DNA of 64,000 bases, from positions 1,736,001-1,800,000 of the forward strand of contig OX597816.1 of the NCBI GenBank assembly GCA_951406725.2, in the 5' to 3' direction. Below are positions 1 to 64,000 of this stretch, in pieces. Every line of letters begins with the position of its first letter. The stretch's first letter is position 1. Below the pieces are notes generated by a model that was given only the letters and a program-made list of their open reading frames with translations, was not told the origin of the DNA and searched no databases. Source of the DNA: Octopus vulgaris (lineage: Eukaryota). The position numbers and the translations under genes were made by a program.

Positions 1-224
1 TTTGATTGGCCTTAATTGGAAGCTCTCCTGTATCAGGAGGACTGCATCATCCATGTGGTCACATAGTTTCTATATTGTGTATACTTTTTATCTCCTATCC
101 CTTCTATTCAGCTTTTATGTAAACCTCCACAAATTGTAAACCATCCTTGTTATGAGCCCCTCATCAAATACCCCTGTGGTAAATAAAGGAGATCATCACC
201 ATTGTTATTATTATTATTATCATT

Positions 225-671
225 CAGTAGTTTTATTTTTATATCGTGCTTTCACTTCACTACCGAGCGCAGCTCTGTGTGCCTTGGGTATGTGCTGTGA
301 TTCGTTGTGATGTTCTGATGGTTATTGTATGGAAAGTGTTCTGCGTAGGATGTGTGCAGTGCCTAGTAGTGCAATTTTCTGTATGTTATATGTGTTTGTA
401 AGTCCTGGTGTTTTTGTTATGTATTTGTCTGAATATTTTTTTATCATGCCTAATGCACCTACTATGATAAGAATTGTTTCTGTTTTCAGATTCCACATTC
501 TAGTTACCTCTATTTCCAGGTCTTTGTATTTTGAGAGTTTCTCCATTTCTTTTAGAGACACGTTGTCATCTGCCGGTATTGATACATCAATTAGAAAGCA
601 TTTTTTTTCTTCATGATCTCTGACAACTATATCTGGTCTGTTGGCCTTAATTTCTCTATCTGTGTGTATCG

Positions 672-672
<1 letters not shown>
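225..672 (-). mobile_element. 5'-truncated Dong/R4-type (RLE) non-LTR retrotransposon inserted in a (TAA)n tract
   Basis: Frame 672-322 reads PIHTDREIKANRPDIVVRDHEEKKCFLIDVSIPADDNVSLKEMEKLSKYKDLEIEVTRMW...IIVGALG, a PD-(D/E)xK restriction-like endonuclease C-terminus, followed by a short 3' UTR. (TTA)n lies on both sides (about 205-220 and 673-710). Confidence 0.88.
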
Positions 673-712
<40 letters not shown>

Positions 713-3700
713 TGGTGTGAACAAATGCTTTACATTCAGAATGAATGTCCTTGATTGCGGGTCACAACCAGTTTCCTTAGATATCGAGCTCCTTTCTTAC
801 AATCCTTCCCAAAAGAGATTTCTGAATTAATACAACTCTCATAGTCACACCAGTTTCAATAAGGGAACTGTTAAGTTTGATTCTTGTTGTTGTTATTCTT
901 AAGGTGCAGGCATGCATGTATGATTAAGAAGTTTGCCATTCACATGGTGTCAGGATCAGGTCCACTGAGTAACAACTTGCACAAATGTATTCTATTATAT
1001 TATGGATGTCGGCACGTAAAAAATACCATTTTTGAGCATGGCCGTTGCCAGTACCGCCAGACTGGCCCTCGTGCCGGTGACACTTTAAAAGCACCCACTA
1101 CACTCTTGGAGTGGTTGGCGTTAGGAAGGGCATCCAGCTGTAGAAACTCTGCCAGATCAGATTGGAGCCTGGTGCAGCCTTCTGGTTTGCCAGTCCTCAG
1201 TCAAATCGTCCAACCCATGCTAGCATGGAAAGCAGACATTAAACGATGATGACTTTGAGAGAACTTGAAATAATTCTTTTTTTGGAATACTGGCTCTCAA
1301 AGCACATCACCCAAAGCTGTAAGTAATAGTATGTTAATGTTGGGTTGGGAATCCCTTTTGGAAAGCTGCCTGTCCTAGGGGCAGCTTTTGATTTTTTGTC
1401 CTTTCCAAAAGGATTTTTCAAGTCAATATTTACAGATTTTATGTGATGTGCTTTTTGATCCCATTCTACTACAACCCTGGGCCAAGCAAAGCCTTGTGAG
1501 TGGATTTGGTAGATGGGAATTATGTAAAAGACCATTGTATGTGTTTGTATTTGTTGTCCTCACTTCTTGACAACCAGTGTTGGTTTGTTTACATCTCCAT
1601 AACTTAACAGTTCAGCAAAAGAGACCAACAGAGTAAGTGCCAAACTTAAAAAATAAATATTGGGAGTGATTTGTTTGACTGGACTCTTCAAGGAGATGCT
1701 CCAGCATGGCCAGATCCCAATGATTGAAACAAGTAAATGCAAAACGATAATATAAATGTGTGTGTGTGTCTTGACATCATGTGATAGTCGTAAATGAGTG
1801 TCACCATCATACAAGCAGTGTCCTTCATTTCTTATCTGCTGTAAAAAATATGTCCAGCCCAAGAGAAATATCACCTTGCTCAGAAAGAAGTAAAGGGTAC
1901 TGACAGGAAGGGCCTCCATCCATCTGCCTTATTAACATTCCCCCTGACCCATGCCAGCATGGAAAGGTGGATGTTAAAATGGTGATAATAATGATGATTA
2001 ATATCATTAAGTGAAATGGCATGGCTCGAAACAGGAATGGAAAGCAAACCATGAACTAATTCTAATTCAGAGACATGACTGTACATCTGGTTTGCATAAA
2101 ATGTGAGTTATATTTGTAAAATAAAGCTAACTTGACGAGTCTTTTCCAGTCTAAATACAATGGACACAAACTTGTATGATAACCAGATATTTTGTTATGG
2201 AAAGAAGAATGTCAACATCAAATTTTAGGAACCAGCTTCAGGAATCGTTCGACCAAATCGCATCTGGTTTGGGTAACTCTGATTCTCAGTTATATATTGC
2301 ACACACTGATGCATGTTACAGTTATTTGTATAAGCAAACACTTATGTATGCATATATTGAAATGGTGGGATGAGACAATTGGGTATGGCTGCACAGGCAC
2401 TCATCATTTGGCATGGCTGACTGGATATTTAGCCTGTTTTGGTGGCAGACGCAAAGAAAATTTTAGAAAAATAAATAAGTAAATGAGTGGAAATTTTACT
2501 GGTGAGTGTGTTACATAATAAGGCACTAAAAGAGAATGACTCTCCCCAGACACAGCAAAATATGCTTCAACACACGAACTCACATAAAGAATCTTGCAAA
2601 CCAAATCCAAAAACGAAATAATTGAACATGATTGACACAAAAACTTTCTCTCTTCTCAAATGAATAAAGAGAAATATACAGAAAGAGAGAGAGTGAGCAT
2701 AAAAGAGAAATATACTCAGACACATAAACAGAAAGAGGGGGAGAGAGAGAGACAGAGTGAAACATTAAAAGATCTGATGAGAAAGGAGTCAAAGTGGTGA
2801 GGAAGGATCTTTGGATGTTGGGCCTCTCTGAAGAAATGGCAAAGGATTAGGAGTTGTGGTAATTTGTTGTACCGGAGAAGATGCGCCAGGCTAAGTAAGA
2901 TTGCTGTTCTATATTTAGAGAGGTTTGTCCTTGACTGGTGCCGGTGCCACATAAAATGGACTTGTGATGGTGCCGTGTAGACACAGTTGTGCTGGTTCTG
3001 TGTAGATGCACTCATGTTGGTGCTGCGTAAACATATCCATGAGGGTGGCACCCAGCTACACTCTGTAAAGTGGTTGGCATTAGGAAAGGCATCCAGCCAT
3101 AGAAACCTTGCCATAACAGACAATGGAAGTGTGGGCAGTTCCGGGTCAAGCTGTCCGATCCTAGCTTGCCAGCATGGAAAACGGATGATGTTAAATAAGG
3201 CAGCATTGACTCTGTAATGCCAGAAAGGTGGTGCCAAAACAGCTGTGTGAAAATGTCTCATATCCCTGGAATGATCTAGATACTAACTACACAAATATAC
3301 AGCATTGTGGAACTAATAAAAGGCTTTGGCAGTGTCTAAGACTCAAGAATGGCATTACTACATATACCATGTTTTCGTGAATTGTTTTGGTTGCCTGCTT
3401 AGCCATGGGGCAGACACAGACACCATCAGAATTAGGAGTTGTACTAAGATGTGACAGCTCAAGAGAGAATGAGTGGAAGGGGCTGCACTCAACTGCTATT
3501 CATACTCGGTTGAGTAGGTTAAAGCAATCTGAACTCAAGTGCTTTGCTTGAGTTGAGAGAGATTTTAATGAGTTGCAGTCCTTTCTAAATTTTTGTTATT
3601 AAACTTTCTCAAATCATCAGATCTTTGTTAAACAAGAAAGTCTTCCACTTCTCTTTTGGATGCTTCTTGATTCCAGCAAGATACTCTCTGTCGATCACTT

Positions 3701-5399
3701 ACCAAATCTTGAACTTATTGCTTCTCTGCTGATCAATACATTAAAATCCCAGCATTAGTAGCTGACTTGGTCAAAACCCACAAGACGATCCATCTTTCAA
3801 ACAACAAATTTAGCTCCCTATTTGAAGTCAATGTGTACTTGTCGACTTAATTATAAAATCAGGAAAAGGCAAAAGAAATACATTAAAACAGTGCAGCACA
3901 CAATAAGTATACAATTGGATCGTTGTTATTATTCTTTGACATTCCTGGTGAGAGAAGAATCTAGAAGTTAATTCTACATCTGTAGAGTGGGTGCTGTTTG
4001 GAGAGACATGCATACGTAGAGATATTTGCTCTCACCTTTCTCTCTCCCTGACACCCTCAGTGCTTTCTCTCTCTCTCAATATCGACTGGAAAAGAGAAAA
4101 AAGGCTGTTAATATATTCAACAAAAGCCAAGTTGGTCAGCCATTCTCAGTAGCTTGCTGATTACTCAGAGAAGCTATAATGGTCTCCCAATTATTATATA
4201 TTTTAAATGCATCGAAAAACTCCCAAACAAATATGTTGGTCAGCCGTCGGAGATGATGCCAAAAAAAAAAAAAAAAAGAAAAAAATGTGGTCGTGGTGGT
4301 GGCGAGGGAAGAAATCAAAGAAACTGGATTTTCCTCTCTGTTTTCGTGTGTGTAGCAAGAACTAAAACTGTTGATTAACCAATACTGCAACATAGCAGTT
4401 TCAACTGTCCGGTTGGGACCAATAAACTTCCCTTGCAGATCGATAATGCTCTTACGAAATACGCGAACGATCCGCTTCCTGTTTGACCTCTAAAATGGAG
4501 GGTCTTTGTGCCCGAGACGGGGAAAAAAAAAACTATAGTAAACGTGTATGCGTTGTATTGAACAAGAAAATATCTCGAACGGACCAGCAAATGAGAATGT
4601 TTTTCTAATCAATATTTCACAGACTGTTACGTGTTGGGTTTCACAAACAAGGTCAAACAAAGAAGACGAAACATAAACTGGGTTAACATTATTACCCAAT
4701 AGGTCCAGGCATGGCTTCAGCCAAATTCTGTTGACCGCGAATTTAGCCAATTAAAGTAACTGCAGAATATTCTCTGATTAATGAATACCAGTGGAATTAA
4801 AAGAAAACTTGGTCTTCTTTATAATACCATTCACATAGAAGATACTTCAAATAAATATTAAAACAACCCAAATATTGAAACGGTGGGCCAAGTTGATTCC
4901 AGTAGGATTTGGATCCAGGGCAGAAATCTGAAAAAGTCCCTCGAAGCCCCATGTGGGAAAGAAATGGGGGTAGTTTTCCCTTTCAGGTTTTAGTGTTTCT
5001 CTTTCATACAACAGGAATTATATTTCTGAAAGAATATTCTTTTCCGAAAACCTTCGATTTTATTTTTTTTTTTTAATTCACTTTTGGCTCCCAACTCTGT
5101 GGCCCTTTTCTTTCCCCTTTAGGCCAGAGTAGCTACTTCAAAACTCCGAAAAGAAGTGCTGAAACTCGAAAATCTTGTGTCCGACATCCTAACCTCATGG
5201 CACCGCCTTTAATTAGAACACCAGTGAGATATCGTGGTGGACAGGCATTGCATAAACAACACTCAATATGTCTGTGTGGAATCACTGCTGCCACCCCGAC
5301 AAATCGATGGGGGCTGTGTTCGATGAAGCAACTCGAAAGTTGGTTTCTGTCCCCAGTCACCAGTATACGTTAATATAGGGCCATTATTAACGTTATATG

Positions 5400-5422
5400 T
5401 ACGTGCGCACGCGCGTGTGTAT

Positions 5423-5481
<59 letters not shown>

Positions 5482-6040
5482 ATATATATCTAAAATCAAC
5501 CTGGAAAACCTGTTTGCTGTTGCGAGATATTTTATTATAATGAGAACGGCGAGGAGAATTTAGTTTGAGAGTTTGAATTCGATAACAAAAGAAGAATATT
5601 AATTGTGGCCGAGTGGGAGAGGAGAGAGAGAGAGAGAGAGAAAAGTTTCAGAGTGTAGATATATATATATGTAATATAACCACACATCCATATATACAGA
5701 TATATATACGCTTAAGTGAAAGCTAAGCCGAAGGTGTCGGGCGAGTCTATACGAAATAGGAGGTCAGGTAACGCGGTGTAACTAGGCTAAGCAAGAGCAG
5801 TCTGTCTCTCTTCTTCTTTTTTTCTTCTTCCTATTCTGTCCTCTGTCAAAGTGATTATTTTAGTGACAGAATCACAAGTGAAATCTTTCCTGTGAAGCTT
5901 TCAAAACTGTCAATAATTTTGCATTCCATTTCTGCGGAACACAGGACGGTTGCAGTGTAGCTCCTTTACTGATAAACCACGTCTCAATAATATTCTGCTT
6001 ATATATATATTATAATTATACATAATATTCCACTTCAACA
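5400..6040 (+). promoter_or_regulatory. Putative promoter and 5' UTR of the gelsolin-like gene
   Basis: Unique sequence directly upstream of the ATG exon, bracketed by (TA)n and (GA)n tracts. It lies in a stretch (about 4.1-10.7 kb) that by eye keeps more CpG and has fewer SINE/LINE insertions than the rest of the window. The TSS cannot be located. Confidence 0.5.
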
Positions 6041-62461
<56,421 letters not shown>

Positions 62462-62801
62462 GTAAATACGCTAACATAAATCTTTTAATATTTGCAGTTG
62501 GGCATCGATGGTGATGGTCAAAGTTTGGTGTTAAAGCTCAATCTAAATATCGTTGAGAATATGAAATTAAAGAAACGACAAAGGAATAGGAGATTATGCA
62601 ATGACCTTCATTAGCTTACAGCTGTTTCTGCAACAAGCTGCAGTGCACCCAGAGCTGATGCATGTGCATCATTTTATAGTTTCTTCAGAGTTTCAAAAAT
62701 GAAGGAAAGCATTTACGTATGTGGAAAAGATCATTGTTGAAAAATATAAAAAATACATAAGATATGTTGGTGTGTGGTATTTGAAGGGAAAAAGCTGCTC
62801 T

Positions 62802-62905
62802 GAGTGATGAGAATGAGTGATGAGAATGAGTGATGAGAATGAGTGATGAGAATGAGTGATGAGAATGAGTGATGAGAATGAGTGATGATGAATGAGTGAT
62901 GAATG
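62802..62905. repeat. 13-bp tandem repeat gagtgatgagaat
   Basis: About six perfect units, then degenerate units. Confidence 0.93.
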
Positions 62906-63439
62906 AAGTGGTAAGACTTGGTGAGATTAGTGATTTTTGAAGATTCTGGGTGGATGCTAGATTGACAATTAAGAGGCAAGGATTATAACTAAATATTTAA
63001 ATAGAGGGCAATGCAAAAGGTGGGTCTACAGTTATGAAGAGGAGAAAACCCCTTACAATAAAAGTTCTGATCATTGTTATGACAAATGTATTATTATGAT
63101 TAATGACACTGAAAATATCAGAAATGAGGCTAACTAATTAAATGTGCTAATGACTCTAGTTAATTAAGTCTTATAACATACCTCCTTTTGCACTCCACTG
63201 TAAACACACACACACACACGTATTGATAACATGTACACATAGAAAGAAAACATGTACGAGTGTGTGTGTGTGTGTATATATACACACACACACACACAAT
63301 ATATTTATAATGTTTTGTTGTGTTGGGAGGGTCACTATGCCAATATCACATGCACTGGTTCAATTCTACTCCTTTGTTATTAGTTAATTAGGTAGGTCGA
63401 TGGGGGAGGCAGGTAAGTAGATAAACAGGTAGAATGGAC

Positions 63440-63690
63440 AGACTTAGACATACAGGCATACATAAGCACACGCACACACATAAAAAGACACAGGAAAACA
63501 CAACTACACATACACCCATGCACATACATGTACAAGCACACATACATACACACCACGCATACATGTGCACACACAAACATGCATGCAAACACACGCACGT
63601 GCACACCTGCATAAGAACGCACCTGTACATACACAGATAGACGCAGGAATGCACACAATAACACATACATATGCATGTAGATAATTACAG
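63440..63690. repeat. Degenerate CA-rich microsatellite
   Basis: Low-complexity acacatacatgcacac tract. Confidence 0.85.
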
Positions 63691-64000
63691 ACACACCTCC
63701 ATATTTTCAGATCGCCCCTCCCTGCAGGAAAAAAACCCACACACCTCACTCCCCCACACCATAAACCTATAAATCTACAGTGGACAAAAGGCAAACACTG
63801 AACCCTGAAAGAGGTCAGCAATACCCATGCACACACACACACACGGCCTCCGTAGCGAAGTGGGGTGAGATGGTCACTGCAAAGATTGCAAATGGAAGAA
63901 AAGAACTTTGACAAACAAAAATAAAAAAAAACAACAACGATTGATTGTTTAACCAACAAATTAAACAAACGGTCAATTAGTTGGTTAGATATTTAACCAA

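Noticed and set aside
884-1249. Recurring short ORFs such as LQLDALPNANHS and EWLALGRASSCRN
   Set aside because: Chance frames of the high-copy RTE 3'-UTR repeat.
3218-3266. ccaaaacagctgtg..aaaatgtctcatatcc, also at about 16171-16218
   Set aside because: A real short dispersed repeat with an acagctgt palindrome, but with no hammerhead core or stem II; more likely a transposon end. Family not assignable.
4136-5360. Minus-strand ORFs as a divergent protein-coding gene
   Set aside because: No recognisable domain or consistent splice structure.

Overview
AT-rich, repeat-dense eukaryotic DNA. The repeat families (tRNA-derived SINEs, RTE and Dong/R4 LINEs, long TA/CA/GA microsatellites) suggest an octopus or other coleoid cephalopod; this is an inference from repeat content. 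One host gene is supported. It is a + strand gelsolin/severin-like actin-modulator gene with seven exons that splice in frame with GT-AG ends into 180 codons (MSGLRKAKKYDWKDSNMALVGSD...VWRIE...GDSYIVL...DVHFWIG...[10 protein letters not shown]...FRSYF...KPRLL), and it continues beyond the window. Its putative first coding exon is only 7 nt and is followed by a 41.7 kb intron. The introns hold three RTE LINE copies (two show a PHD-type zinc finger inside the RT region), a Dong/R4 fragment (a second lies upstream of the gene), an internally deleted mariner, TTAA-flanked MITEs, many SINEs and satellites. The most striking hidden layer is a set of about eight minimal type I hammerhead ribozyme motifs of the Penelope/retrozyme kind. 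One is canonical with a GUC site and lies sense to the gelsolin pre-mRNA. Several have variant catalytic cores, including a compensatory U3-A8 pair. Several sit in fold-back (inverted) structures or inside (TA)n arrays. Nearly all ORFs in the supplied track are repeat or microsatellite artefacts.
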